Both the position numbers and the translations under genes were made by a program. Under the pieces are notes generated by a model. It had not been told where the DNA came from. It worked only from the letters and a program-made list of their open reading frames with translations, and made no database searches. 64,000 nt of DNA, from the NCBI GenBank assembly GCA_964389675.1, contig CAYMEV010000002.1, positions 62,001 to 126,000 on the forward strand, given 5' to 3'. Positions 8,703-19,223 of this stretch are shown piece by piece. This DNA comes from an uncultured Candidatus Sumerlaeota bacterium (GTDB lineage Bacteria > CAYMEV01). The first letter of the stretch is position 1. Each line of letters opens with the position of its first letter.

Positions 8703-10919
8703 ATGATAAGGTATAAAAGATCTATAAAAAGAGATTTGGCTTTTTTGCTTGTCTTAATAGTATTTTTGACTTCCGGTATTATTATCCTGACCTCCTACTA
8801 TTATATTAAGGAAAAAAGACTGGACTCACTGAATAAAGAGGCTGATGAGCTGATAAACCAGCTCTCTGATTCAGTAGCCTTTTATGTATGGAACTATGCT
8901 GAAAACGATATATCAAATACAGCAGCTTCTTTTCTGGTGATAGATGAAATTGTCTATATTCGTATTGCATACGATAATCATGAGGTTATTTTCAATAAGC
9001 AGGGAAATTATGAAGACAATTTGATAAATAGAAGCAGGTCGATCAGATATGCTGGGGACCAGGATATAGGTACAGCAGAGATATCTGTTTCAAGATATAA
9101 GATTTTCCGTAAAAACCGTGAATATTTGTATATGGCGGTCATGCTTACTGCAATTATTCTAATAATTATTATATTCTCGATTAAAGTCCTGCTTTCAGTA
9201 TATATGGAGAAGCCCCTGAGAAATCTGCAGGTGGCAATAAACGAGATTGCTTCCGGGAATTATGAAAAAAGGCTGAAGCCGGTATCCCAGCTGGAGATAA
9301 AGGGTATCATAGCAGATGTTAATAATATGGCTCAGATGATATCCGAGAGGGAGTCAGGCCTTAGGCAGGTCCAGGATTATCTGAAGAATATTATTGAAGC
9401 CATGGCATCAATAATAATCACCATTGATGGAGAATATATAATAAGGCAGGTAAATTCAAGAGCCTATCAGCTAATACAATTCAGAAGGCATGATATAACC
9501 GGTTCAGTACTTTTTGAGGAGACTTCCTTCTTTGATAAATACAGAGATATAATCCAAAAGGTCAATGAAGAGCTTATAATTCAGGAATTCCGCCGTGAAA
9601 ACATTGTGGATTCAAGCCAGGCAAGCAGGTATTATGATATCATGTTCTATCCTTACAGCAATATTGCCAAAGGGGGTGTTGTAATAAGGATTGATGATGT
9701 AAGCAGAGCGGTGGAGAACGAAGAAAAGATAAAGAAAATCCAGAAAATGGAGGTCTTAAGCAGTCTTACAGGCGGATTAGCTCATGATTTCAACAATATT
9801 TTAGGGGGGATTATTGGAGCTGTCTCATTGCTTGAGTGGGAATTAGCGAATGAAAAACATATAGACCAGACAGCATTGAAGGAAAATCTCGAGATTATAC
9901 AGTCCTCTGCAAACAGAGCGGAAAATATTGTTACACATCTTTTAACGCTGGCGAGAGAACATCAATTTGAATTTCATGCTGCAGACCTCAATGAGATCGT
10001 AAAACAGGTTCATGATATCTGTCAGAATAGCCTTGAGAAGAATATCAAGGTACAGGCAACCTATGCTGATGAAAAAGCACTGGTAATGGCAGACCAGAAT
10101 CAGATCGAACAGGTGCTTCTAAACCTCAGCATCAACAGCAGCCATGCTATGACAATAATGAGAAAGGAAGGAGAAGCGCAGGGGGGGGTTCTTTGTTTTT
10201 ACATCGAAAAGATCCATGCTGACCGGACTTTTTGTGATTACCATCCTGAAGCCACTGGCAATGATTATTGGCTTGTCTCAGTCCAGGATACAGGCGTCGG
10301 CATTGAGAAAAAAATTATTCCAAAGATATTTGATCCTTTCTTCTCCACTAAAAAGAAGATAAAGGGTACAGGATTAGGCCTTTCAATGGTCTATAATATT
10401 ATCACCGAGCATAAGGGATTTATAGATGTGTATTCAGAATGCGGAGTTGGTACCACTGTGAACATTTATCTTCCTGCTGTGGCGCAGAAAGAGATTGTCA
10501 GTACAAACAATAAGGAAAAGGATACCCTGAAACTGAAGGGATCCGTCCTTCTGTGCGATGATGAGGAAGCTGTCAGGAAGATAGGCTCTGAGATGCTGAA
10601 AGCCTGCGGGATAGATGTTATAACAGCCAGGGATGGCTTTGAAGCTATAGAATTATTCAAAAAACATAAAGCAGAAATCAAAGCTGTGATTATTGATGCA
10701 ATAATGCCCGGTATTACAGGGGATCTGGTGGTCAGGGAGCTTATGGAAATTAAAAGAGATATAAGGATAATTGCAAGCTCGGGATTCCGGAGAGATAATC
10801 ATGTAGAAAATATACTAGCCTATGATGGTGTGGTTTTTCTAAGTAAACCGTACACACTTGACAAAATGAAGGAGGCTTTATTAAAAATTTTCAGAAACGA
10901 TACAGGAAAGGGGTTTTAA
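8703..10919 (+). CDS. Hybrid sensor histidine kinase (TM-sensor-HAMP-PAS-HisKA-HATPase-REC)
   Basis: H-box GLAHDFNN, N-box QVLLNLSINS, DTGVGI, GTGLGL, and a receiver domain with DDE and D-x-x-MP. Confidence 0.93.
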   Translation: MIRYKRSIKRDLAFLLVLIVFLTSGIIILTSYYYIKEKRLDSLNKEADELINQLSDSVAFYVWNYAENDISNTAASFLVIDEIVYIRIAYDNHEVIFNKQGNYEDNLINRSRSIRYAGDQDIGTAEISVSRYKIFRKNREYLYMAVMLTAIILIIIIFSIKVLLSVYMEKPLRNLQVAINEIASGNYEKRLKPVSQLEIKGIIADVNNMAQMISERESGLRQVQDYLKNIIEAMASIIITIDGEYIIRQVNSRAYQLIQFRRHDITGSVLFEETSFFDKYRDIIQKVNEELIIQEFRRENIVDSSQASRYYDIMFYPYSNIAKGGVVIRIDDVSRAVENEEKIKKIQKMEVLSSLTGGLAHDFNNILGGIIGAVSLLEWELANEKHIDQTALKENLEIIQSSANRAENIVTHLLTLAREHQFEFHAADLNEIVKQVHDICQNSLEKNIKVQATYADEKALVMADQNQIEQVLLNLSINSSHAMTIMRKEGEAQGGVLCFYIEKIHADRTFCDYHPEATGNDYWLVSVQDTGVGIEKKIIPKIFDPFFSTKKKIKGTGLGLSMVYNIITEHKGFIDVYSECGVGTTVNIYLPAVAQKEIVSTNNKEKDTLKLKGSVLLCDDEEAVRKIGSEMLKACGIDVITARDGFEAIELFKKHKAEIKAVIIDAIMPGITGDLVVRELMEIKRDIRIIASSGFRRDNHVENILAYDGVVFLSKPYTLDKMKEALLKIFRNDTGKGF

Positions 10920-10948
10920 TTTTCTAATACAATAAATGAGAGAAATAC

Positions 10949-13156
10949 ATGAGCTTATTTAAATACAGATCAATAAAGAAGAATCTTGCCCTCTCCATTA
11001 TTATAATGGCATTTATTACATCATCCATCCTGATTATACTGAATTATCTCTATTCCACCCGGAAAGAGCTTATTGACCTGAAACAGAGGACCCATGATAT
11101 AGTTGACCAGCTGGGAAATGCAATAGTGCTTCATATCTGGAATTATGAAGATTCTGAAGTTGAAAACATAATAAATTCATACTTTCAGTACGAAGAGATC
11201 ATTTATATAAGAGTTATATCAAATGAAAAGAAAATACTGAAGTCAAGGCAGAAAAGTTCAAAAGAAGGTTTTGTGAAAGAAAGCAGAAATCTTTTTTATG
11301 ATAATACCGAGATTGGAGAAATTGAGATAAGATGCTCGAAGGAACCTTTAAAAAGAGGGCAGATGATCCTGCTGTACTGGCTTTTTGGTTTTACAATAAT
11401 CCTGTTGATCATAATTGCATTTTCAATCCTGGCTGTTATGAGATATCTTCTTGAAAAACCTGTCAGCAGCCTGTGCAATGCTGTTAAAAATATTGCAGCA
11501 GGAGCATATGACGGCAGGCTTGAATCAGTGCCGCAGAAAGAGATAAACCAGATAATAAAAGGCGTGAATACACTTGCTGAGAAAATAAGCACAAGGGAAA
11601 AAAACCTGGTTGAGATACAGGAATTTATGAAAAACATAATCGAGGCGATGCCCTCAATTATAATATCTGTCGATAGAGATTATAAAATAAGACAGATGAA
11701 TTCAAAAGCAGGGAAATTGCTAAATACGGATTCAGGTGCTGAAGAAGGCGATAATCTTTTTGCAGTTTCAGAATTCTTTGAAAAATACAGAAGTAAAATC
11801 GAAAAATCCAATATCGAGCTTACAATCGAGGAAATACCAAGGATACTCTTTTATGACAAATCTAATGAACAGACCTATTACAGTATGACCATATACCCGC
11901 AGGGGAAAAGGATGCCTGAAGGCACAGTAATAAGAGTGGATGATATTACAGTTGCTGTTGAGAATGAAGACAGGCTTCAGATAATACAGAAGATGGAGAC
12001 CATCGGGAGTCTGGGGGCTGGGCTTGCTCATGATTTTAACAATACCCTCATGGGGATAACCGGGTCCGCGTCTCTGATAGATTTTAAACTTTCAAAGAAT
12101 ATGCTCCCTGACAGAGAATCGCTGTCAGAGAATATAGGGATCATTAAAAAATCCGCAAAAAGAGCTGAAAGCATTGTCAAACAGCTATTAACACTGTCCA
12201 AGGAGCAGGATTATGAGTTCTGCCCAGTTGACCTGAACTCTTTAATAAAATATATATATAAATTCTGTGCTACCTCCTTTGAAGAAAATATAACCATAAT
12301 GCCAGATTATCATCATCAAAAGGCTCTGGTACTTGGTGACCCAATTCAGCTTGAGCAGGTTCTGCATAATTTGAGCCTCAACGCTTATCATGCTATGACT
12401 ATTATGAGAAAACCTGGTGAAGAAAAAGAAAATGTTCTTTATTACCACCTCGACAGGATATATGCAGACAATCAGTTCAGAGAAGTGCACCCTGAAGCTG
12501 AGGAAGGCTATTACTGGGTTATTTCAGTGCAGGATACAGGCATAGGCATAGACACAAGCCGTATATCAAAAATTTTTGAACCTTTTTATACTACGAAGAA
12601 AAAGGGAGAGGGTACAGGGCTCGGCCTATCCATGGCAAGCAATATAATAAGAATGCACAGGGGATTTATAGATGTGTACTCAGAACCGGGAACCGGTACA
12701 ACTTTCAAGGTCTTTCTGCCGGAATACACCGGAGATGAATCAAAAGCTACAGAAGCGGTGGATATGGGAATTAAACCAGGAATGGGTCATATACTCTTAT
12801 GTGATGATGAGGAGATCATAAGAAAAATAGGGTCAAGGATGATTGCATCACTGGGATTTGAGGTAATACTATGCAGCACTGGGAAAGAAGCCATTGAATC
12901 ATTCAGGAAGAGCGCGGAAATAATAGATATTGTGATATTGGATGTCAATATGCCTGATATGCCGGGAGAAAGAGTTTTTATGGAATTAAAGAAAATAAAA
13001 AGAGGCATAAAGATTATTATCAGTTCCGGAATATCTCATGATGAAATGGTTAAAAAAAGCCTGTCAATGGGAGCTTTAGCATTCTTAGCCAAGCCATATA
13101 CTATAAGAAAACTTGCAAATATTCTGAAAAAGACAATGAAAGATCTTCGGCAATAA
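10949..13156 (+). CDS. Hybrid sensor histidine kinase, tandem paralog of the upstream gene
   Basis: Same architecture: GLAHDFNN, DTGIGI, GTGLGL, receiver LDVNMPD. Confidence 0.93.
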   Translation: MSLFKYRSIKKNLALSIIIMAFITSSILIILNYLYSTRKELIDLKQRTHDIVDQLGNAIVLHIWNYEDSEVENIINSYFQYEEIIYIRVISNEKKILKSRQKSSKEGFVKESRNLFYDNTEIGEIEIRCSKEPLKRGQMILLYWLFGFTIILLIIIAFSILAVMRYLLEKPVSSLCNAVKNIAAGAYDGRLESVPQKEINQIIKGVNTLAEKISTREKNLVEIQEFMKNIIEAMPSIIISVDRDYKIRQMNSKAGKLLNTDSGAEEGDNLFAVSEFFEKYRSKIEKSNIELTIEEIPRILFYDKSNEQTYYSMTIYPQGKRMPEGTVIRVDDITVAVENEDRLQIIQKMETIGSLGAGLAHDFNNTLMGITGSASLIDFKLSKNMLPDRESLSENIGIIKKSAKRAESIVKQLLTLSKEQDYEFCPVDLNSLIKYIYKFCATSFEENITIMPDYHHQKALVLGDPIQLEQVLHNLSLNAYHAMTIMRKPGEEKENVLYYHLDRIYADNQFREVHPEAEEGYYWVISVQDTGIGIDTSRISKIFEPFYTTKKKGEGTGLGLSMASNIIRMHRGFIDVYSEPGTGTTFKVFLPEYTGDESKATEAVDMGIKPGMGHILLCDDEEIIRKIGSRMIASLGFEVILCSTGKEAIESFRKSAEIIDIVILDVNMPDMPGERVFMELKKIKRGIKIIISSGISHDEMVKKSLSMGALAFLAKPYTIRKLANILKKTMKDLRQ

Positions 13157-13172
13157 AATCTGATTTCTGACC

Positions 13173-14057
13173 CTAAATCAGTATTACAGCAATAGAGACC
13201 AGAAACATCCCGGTAATGGATACCATGTTCGGGGTTTCTCCTGGAAGGATTATCCAGCTAAGCACCGCCCCGCTTACAGGTATGATGAATTTCCACATGT
13301 TTATCTCTGATACCTTCATAATTCCTTTTTTAAGGATGGTAAACCATATGGAAAAAGCTGAAGCTGAGAGAAAAGAAAGCCAGAGAAGAGTCCCGAAAAA
13401 TATTGCAGGCTGATTGAAACATGGGATCCCTTCAAAGATGAGTGAAACCAGGAAAAGGAGAGACCCTCCAAGAAATATCTGGGAAGATGCTAGAAGCAAA
13501 GGATTTATGTCATTTTTATTTTTTGCCACTATAACATTGCCTATTGCTGAGGAAACCGAACTGCCTATCAGGATGATCACGCCAACAAGTTCTACAAGCC
13601 CGGCAGATTTTAAAGGATTACGGGTTACAGCAATCAACACAACACCGCTTATGCCAAAGATAAAGGAAATATATCTTCTGGTACACAGCCTGTCATTCTC
13701 CATGGAAATATGAGCCACAATTGACGATATAACCGGTGATGACCCTATGATTATAGCTGAGAGCGATGCTGATACTATATTTATACCGAGATAAAAGAGA
13801 GCATACAGAATGAATGTCTGAAACAGTGATATTCTGATGATTGAACCCATGTTCTCCTTTATTACCCTTGCACTGAAACCCTTTAATGCAAAGGGCATAA
13901 GAAGTATTCCGGAGAGCATAAACCTGATGCCTGCAAAGCCCAGAGGCTTAAAATACTTCAGGCCTATCTTTACACCTGCAAATGCAGTGGACCACAAAAG
14001 GCATGCAACTATTGCAAATATAGTCGATATTATGTATTCCTTTGAAACATTTTTCAT
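13173..14057 (-). CDS. DMT/EamA family transporter
   Basis: About 10 TM helices; LLWSTAF..VKIGL and AGIRF motifs. Confidence 0.9.
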   Translation of the reverse strand: MKNVSKEYIISTIFAIVACLLWSTAFAGVKIGLKYFKPLGFAGIRFMLSGILLMPFALKGFSARVIKENMGSIIRISLFQTFILYALFYLGINIVSASLSAIIIGSSPVISSIVAHISMENDRLCTRRYISFIFGISGVVLIAVTRNPLKSAGLVELVGVIILIGSSVSSAIGNVIVAKNKNDINPLLLASSQIFLGGSLLFLVSLIFEGIPCFNQPAIFFGTLLWLSFLSASAFSIWFTILKKGIMKVSEINMWKFIIPVSGAVLSWIILPGETPNMVSITGMFLVSIAVILI

Positions 14058-14156
14058 ATAAATCCGTTAATTTATTGATTTTAGAATATCCTTAAATATT
14101 AATGGAATTTAGTCAATATAACTAATTTATTTTTTTGCCAGGGCTGATATTTTGCA

Positions 14157-15428
14157 ATGAATCAAGAAAATGAACAGATAGCGCTTAAGCAGTATTTCAG
14201 GAGGAATACCCTGGGAATTACCATGGTTGAGTCCTTCTGGGGCCTTGGACTGCCTATGGTATTTGAATCCACATATATACAGGTATTTTTAAGGGAACTT
14301 GGTGCATCAAATTTTGAGATTGGACTGATGCCAGTCTTTTTAAGCCTTGGTATTCCAGTTATTTCTCTTCTTTCAGCGTATCTGACTACGCATCTGACCC
14401 ATAAGAAAACAGCTGTTTTTTTAACCAATTTAATTGCCTCTTTTCCCATTATCCTGCTTGGCATAGCCTTGAGCCTTAATATGGATGATAATACAAAAGT
14501 AATGGTTTTTTATATATTTTATGCAGTGTTCTCATTTTCGATTGGACTTGTACTCCCTGTCTGGCAGAACTTTTTGGTCAAGATATTCCTGGAGGAGGAC
14601 ACCCTGCGTGCACTGTCTGTTATGCATATCAGTCAAAGCCTGACCAAGATAATAGGAAGCCTTGCCTTGCTCTGGATAGTTCAAAAATACGGCATATCAG
14701 TATCTGGAGCCAGTAATCTTTTTATTATCGCTGGCAGCCTGATGTTTGTCGGGTCATTATTTTTTCTGATAACAAGAGAGATACCCGATAAATCCTGTAT
14801 AAAAACAAGATTTACCCCTGTAATGTTCTTGAAAACATTATCAGCTATCTTTTATAATAAGCCATTTATAAGCTTTCTCTTCAGTGATGTATCTTACTTT
14901 GCTGTAACGAGCGTAATATCATTTTATGCAGTATACGCAACCGAATACTGCAGTATTAATCCCGCATATGTCTCGGGTCTGTTTATTGCTCTAAATGTAT
15001 CAGGGAGTATTATATTTCAGATTATATTTGGTTATTTTAATTTTCTCAGCCTTAAGAATAAACTTTATATGGAAAAAATAATGAGCGTGGCAGGAATTTT
15101 TACCCTGTATTTTGTCCCTTCTCTTTCAGGATTTCTTGCTGCAAGCTTTATTCTGGGTGCTGGCAGGGCAGTAAGGGTGCTTGCTTATGCCCCTGTTATA
15201 AAAAAGCTTTCTGGTGAGAGGGATGCAACACCCTATTTTGCTGTGGCCCCTATTGTAATTCTTCCAGTTTCAGCAGGATTGCCTATCTTAAACGGAAAGT
15301 TCCTTGATTATTTTTACCAGTTAGGTGCTGACAGCTACCGGATAATGTTCTTGATGATGGCAGTGCTTATACTTTTATCAACTCTGTTTCTGATAAGGGT
15401 CGTATTCAGCAAAGAGAATCAAAATTGA
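14157..15428 (+). CDS. MFS transporter
   Basis: 423 aa with about 12 TM helices; FLRELGASNFEIGL N-terminal MFS pattern. Confidence 0.8.
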   Translation: MNQENEQIALKQYFRRNTLGITMVESFWGLGLPMVFESTYIQVFLRELGASNFEIGLMPVFLSLGIPVISLLSAYLTTHLTHKKTAVFLTNLIASFPIILLGIALSLNMDDNTKVMVFYIFYAVFSFSIGLVLPVWQNFLVKIFLEEDTLRALSVMHISQSLTKIIGSLALLWIVQKYGISVSGASNLFIIAGSLMFVGSLFFLITREIPDKSCIKTRFTPVMFLKTLSAIFYNKPFISFLFSDVSYFAVTSVISFYAVYATEYCSINPAYVSGLFIALNVSGSIIFQIIFGYFNFLSLKNKLYMEKIMSVAGIFTLYFVPSLSGFLAASFILGAGRAVRVLAYAPVIKKLSGERDATPYFAVAPIVILPVSAGLPILNGKFLDYFYQLGADSYRIMFLMMAVLILLSTLFLIRVVFSKENQN

Positions 15429-15520
15429 TTAATCTGACTTAATGAAATAAAACTGTTGAATCATTCAAAACAAAATGTATTATCTTACTGTGGTTATATG
15501 TATAAAATGATTGCAGGGTA

Positions 15521-16780
15521 ATGATGAAAATTAAAGAATTTTTCCTGTCAATGATAAACTTCACATCGGGATGCACAGAACCGGCAGCAATTGCGCTTAA
15601 TGCTGCTAATGCCAGAGAAGTATGTAATCTGAATGAAATCAAAAGGATTATACTGAAGATGGATTATCTTACTTATAAGAATGCATATTATGCCGGTATA
15701 CCTAATGCACCGCACTATAAAGGTACTTTATGGGCTTATTTGCTTGGTTATGCCGTTGGTGATCCCTCGGCGGGACTTGAGATATTCAGCAGGATAGGGC
15801 CGGATACGCTCACAGAAGCATCTGAGCTGGCAGAGTCAATACCTTTTGAAATTGAATTCATTGAGAGCAATACTCTTTATATAAAAAGCCTGGTAATAAC
15901 ATGTAAAAAGATATTCAGCACGGTAACAAGGCAATGTCACAGCTCCGTATCGCAAAAGGAATATATTATATCCGATTTTGATACTTCAGATATTAATGAG
16001 ATAATTTATAGGATTGATAAAAAGGAAATTGCTTCTTATTCTGCAGAATTAGAAAGAACATCCGGAATTGACGATTCATACTATAAGCCTTCAAACTGGG
16101 CATCATTAGTGGATGAACTGTATTCTGACCGGGAGGTAAGGGAAAAGGTAGAGGAAGGGATTGAAGCAAATATCCTTGCACATGAAATCGGCAGGAAGGA
16201 CTGGGATACTACCGGCTCGGATTTCGGGACAGGATCAGCTATCTATGCAAGGATGTCAGGAAAGCCGATCAAGGTCATGGCCTGTGCAAATTCAGGTAAT
16301 AAGGGGCTCACTTCCATCGTGCCCACGGTAAATTATTGCCGTGAAAGGAATATACCAGGGGAAGAGATGCTGAAATCTGTAATAACTGCATGTTTTGTAA
16401 ACTCTATAATTACTGTAAAATTTGGATTTATATCATCGATATGCGGTGTTGTATATGGAGCCGGAGCGGGTTTTCTGGCTGCAATCATGAAGATAGAAAA
16501 CCAGCTTGATGATTTTGACAATGTATTTATAAACTATATATCAAATTTTGGGGGAATATTTTGTGATGGAGCAAAGGTTTCATGCGCTATGAAGGGAAAC
16601 ATCGCAATTCAGGCAGCAATTACAGCAAAAAGGATGCATGAAACAGGTCTGGTAGTTGATTATCATGATGGTTATCTTGGCAGGACATTCCATGAGACGC
16701 TTAATAACCTCATGAAGTATAATGATGCCATGAAGGAGATGGATAAAATTACTGTTTCCATACTCGAGAATAAACCTTAG
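15521..16780 (+). CDS. L-cysteine desulfidase-like protein (YhaM/CdsB, serine dehydratase alpha family)
   Basis: GCTEPAAIAL, ARMSG...SGNKG, ICG and GIFCDGAKVSCAMK Cys motifs. Confidence 0.85.
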   Translation: MMKIKEFFLSMINFTSGCTEPAAIALNAANAREVCNLNEIKRIILKMDYLTYKNAYYAGIPNAPHYKGTLWAYLLGYAVGDPSAGLEIFSRIGPDTLTEASELAESIPFEIEFIESNTLYIKSLVITCKKIFSTVTRQCHSSVSQKEYIISDFDTSDINEIIYRIDKKEIASYSAELERTSGIDDSYYKPSNWASLVDELYSDREVREKVEEGIEANILAHEIGRKDWDTTGSDFGTGSAIYARMSGKPIKVMACANSGNKGLTSIVPTVNYCRERNIPGEEMLKSVITACFVNSIITVKFGFISSICGVVYGAGAGFLAAIMKIENQLDDFDNVFINYISNFGGIFCDGAKVSCAMKGNIAIQAAITAKRMHETGLVVDYHDGYLGRTFHETLNNLMKYNDAMKEMDKITVSILENKP

Positions 16781-16814
16781 AAAAAAAGCATTCTGAAGAA
16801 GGAGGCAGAGGAAG

Positions 16815-17198
16815 TTGAGATACGGTTTCGTAACTGTAAAAGTTAAGGATATGGCTGAATCAGAGAGGTTCTACAGGGAAATTATCGGCCTTTATGAAGA
16901 ACTGAGATTCTCTTACAGAAACGGAATGAACATACTTTTCATGAGCGACTGCAATGGTTCTCTTATAGAGCTCATAAAGATGGAAGGCTGTAGCTCCTCC
17001 TGTGAAAGTGGCAAAGAAGTTTCTATCGGATTTCTTGTTGATGATCTTGATGAAAAAATAAGGGAATTGAAAAGCAAAAATATTGATATCAGGGGCCCTG
17101 TAGATGTTCCGGGAGGGGTAAGGTTCATATTTATCAAGGATCCCAATGGGGTCGATATAGAACTTGTTGAAAATTTCAGCATTGACAGATTAAGATAG
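16815..17198 (+). CDS. VOC/glyoxalase family protein
   Basis: VKDMAESERFYREIIGL...IELI...FIKDPNGVDIELVE. TTG start after an AAGGAGG RBS. Confidence 0.9.
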   Translation: MRYGFVTVKVKDMAESERFYREIIGLYEELRFSYRNGMNILFMSDCNGSLIELIKMEGCSSSCESGKEVSIGFLVDDLDEKIRELKSKNIDIRGPVDVPGGVRFIFIKDPNGVDIELVENFSIDRLR

Positions 17199-17443
17199 AA
17201 ATCCCCGCCCAGCAAATATAAAAATGCGCCAGTATCATGGCTGCTGTTTATTGAGCCCTGCCTGCCAGGGCAGCTGTCCTTTCTTTCGGTCTGTTATTCT
17301 CCCATACAGAGATACTGCCTGCATTTAATTTTTCATATTAAATGCTGATTAATTCCAGCCTGGAATAAAATAAGACAATATATCATCAGGTAACAGTAAT
17401 AAAGTTCAGAATTGTGGAGGATAACCGGAGGATAAAGGCAACC

Positions 17444-18604
17444 TTATTTGAGCATCTCGTGGTAGTCTTTCATTACCTTTTCCCAGTTGTAGAATTCTTT
17501 AATGTAATTGTGCCCGTTAATACCCAGCTGTTTTAGTACTGGTCTGTTCTTAAGCATATATCTGATGCAGTATATAAAATCCCTGCAGGAATTAAAAAAC
17601 AGGCCGCCCTTTGACCTTATCACCTGTCCCCTCAGGACATTACAGCGCTCATTTACAAGCACAGCCTTTTTTGCAGCCCATGATTCCAGTGTAACGATAC
17701 AGAGGCTTTCGAACATGGAGGGCATTACAAGGAATTCAGAGGCTGCCAGTGCATTAAATTTATAATCTTCAGGGATAAATCCTGTGTGTATTATATCCCG
17801 GTGCTCAGGGATTCTTTCTACTGAATTGCCGCAAAGTACAAGTTTGAGGTCATCAAAGACAACCTTCTTATAGTTGATAAAGTACCTGAAAAGTATGTCT
17901 GATCCCTTATTTACATCGATTCTGCCCAAATAAAGCATAAAAGGGCTGTTTATATTATATCTCTTCCTGAAAGAATCAGGGTCTGAACCTTCATGGACTG
18001 GTATTCCAAGAGCACTTATTCTGCTCCTGATATCATGATTATGTGTTTTTTCATTAACAAGCTCCATCTCTTCCCTTGAGATATATATTATGGAAGAGGG
18101 AAGCCTGAAAAAATCCCTGTATATTTTCAGGCCTATAACATTATCCATTTCCGCAGTAGGAACCAGGATTGATTTTTCGGGAACCTCTTTCAAGCCGAAA
18201 TATGTATTGAAATACCTGTATGCAAAGAAAATGAAGCGGTCATATCTGTGCTTTTCAGATCTGATATATTTTACCAATGAAGGGCAATATGGACCGCATT
18301 CAGTGACCCATTCCTCCTCTTCCTGCCTGGAATGACTATTGTAAAAGACCTTCGATGAGATCCTTTCAAAGCTCTTGAGTGTCCTCTCCTTTTCAACAGG
18401 GAATCTTATCAGGTCCAGTGTGTCATAAGTGTCCCTGCCAGGCTTAAAGTGGTTTTTCCAGTATATATAATCCTTTGCGCATGTCGTGATTACTTTTATT
18501 TCATGGCCGTATTTCTGAAGCTGTACAGCTAACTGGTAACAAAGCTTTTCAGAGCCGCCAATGACGCCTTGACCAAACCTGTGGATAACAAGGGCTATTT
18601 TCAT
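17444..18604 (-). CDS. Glycosyltransferase family 4 (GT-B)
   Basis: GGSEK N-terminal motif, LYLGRIDVNKG, PSMFESLCIVTLESW (E-x7-E). Confidence 0.9.
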   Translation of the reverse strand: MKIALVIHRFGQGVIGGSEKLCYQLAVQLQKYGHEIKVITTCAKDYIYWKNHFKPGRDTYDTLDLIRFPVEKERTLKSFERISSKVFYNSHSRQEEEEWVTECGPYCPSLVKYIRSEKHRYDRFIFFAYRYFNTYFGLKEVPEKSILVPTAEMDNVIGLKIYRDFFRLPSSIIYISREEMELVNEKTHNHDIRSRISALGIPVHEGSDPDSFRKRYNINSPFMLYLGRIDVNKGSDILFRYFINYKKVVFDDLKLVLCGNSVERIPEHRDIIHTGFIPEDYKFNALAASEFLVMPSMFESLCIVTLESWAAKKAVLVNERCNVLRGQVIRSKGGLFFNSCRDFIYCIRYMLKNRPVLKQLGINGHNYIKEFYNWEKVMKDYHEMLK

Positions 18605-19212
18605 TTTTTATCAATTTTGTCTTCTATTTCTTCCAGGTATTCTTCCAGGATCTTCTGCCTGTCCCTGATAAAGTTCAAGTCCCTTTCTATGGAGTCAAGT
18701 TTTGAAATCATGAAATTTTCCAGGTTTTTAAGGTCGAAGAATGTCTTGTACGATGAAGCGATAATGTTCATGAAATAGTAGTTAATAAGCTTCTGCCTGT
18801 ATAGTATGGGGTCAGTATACAGCCTGGTCAGAGGCCTCAGTATCTTCTTTATCACGGGGATGATCCGCCCTTTGATACCGGACCTGTGTGTTTTGACAGG
18901 GTAGTTTTCATCTATATTCCAGCCATTATCCTCATCATAAAGGTCTCTGAGCTGATCCAGATTCATCGATGGCTTGAGGAGGTAGTCTTTTATCTCCTCA
19001 AGGCTTTTAAGGCTTATACTGGAAGATGATGTGTCAATATCTGTTGCAAGTGAAAGGAATATGTTCTCAAATTCAAGCTCCTTGATCCTCTGAATCTCTT
19101 CCTCATGCAGCAGACCCATTTTCTTCTTATCTTCTATGTCGTCTCTGATATCCTTTACGATCTTTTCAATGTCAAGTGGCTCATTTTCTCTCTTTTTTAT
19201 AAAACTGTCCAT
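18601..19212 (-). CDS. Hypothetical coiled-coil protein in glycan-modification operon
   Basis: 203-aa helical/charged ORF overlapping the GT4 start (ATGA); THRSGIKGRIIPVIKKILRP motif. Confidence 0.65.
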   Translation of the reverse strand: MDSFIKKRENEPLDIEKIVKDIRDDIEDKKKMGLLHEEEIQRIKELEFENIFLSLATDIDTSSSSISLKSLEEIKDYLLKPSMNLDQLRDLYDEDNGWNIDENYPVKTHRSGIKGRIIPVIKKILRPLTRLYTDPILYRQKLINYYFMNIIASSYKTFFDLKNLENFMISKLDSIERDLNFIRDRQKILEEYLEEIEDKIDKK

Positions 19213-19223
19213 AAACCTGTATC

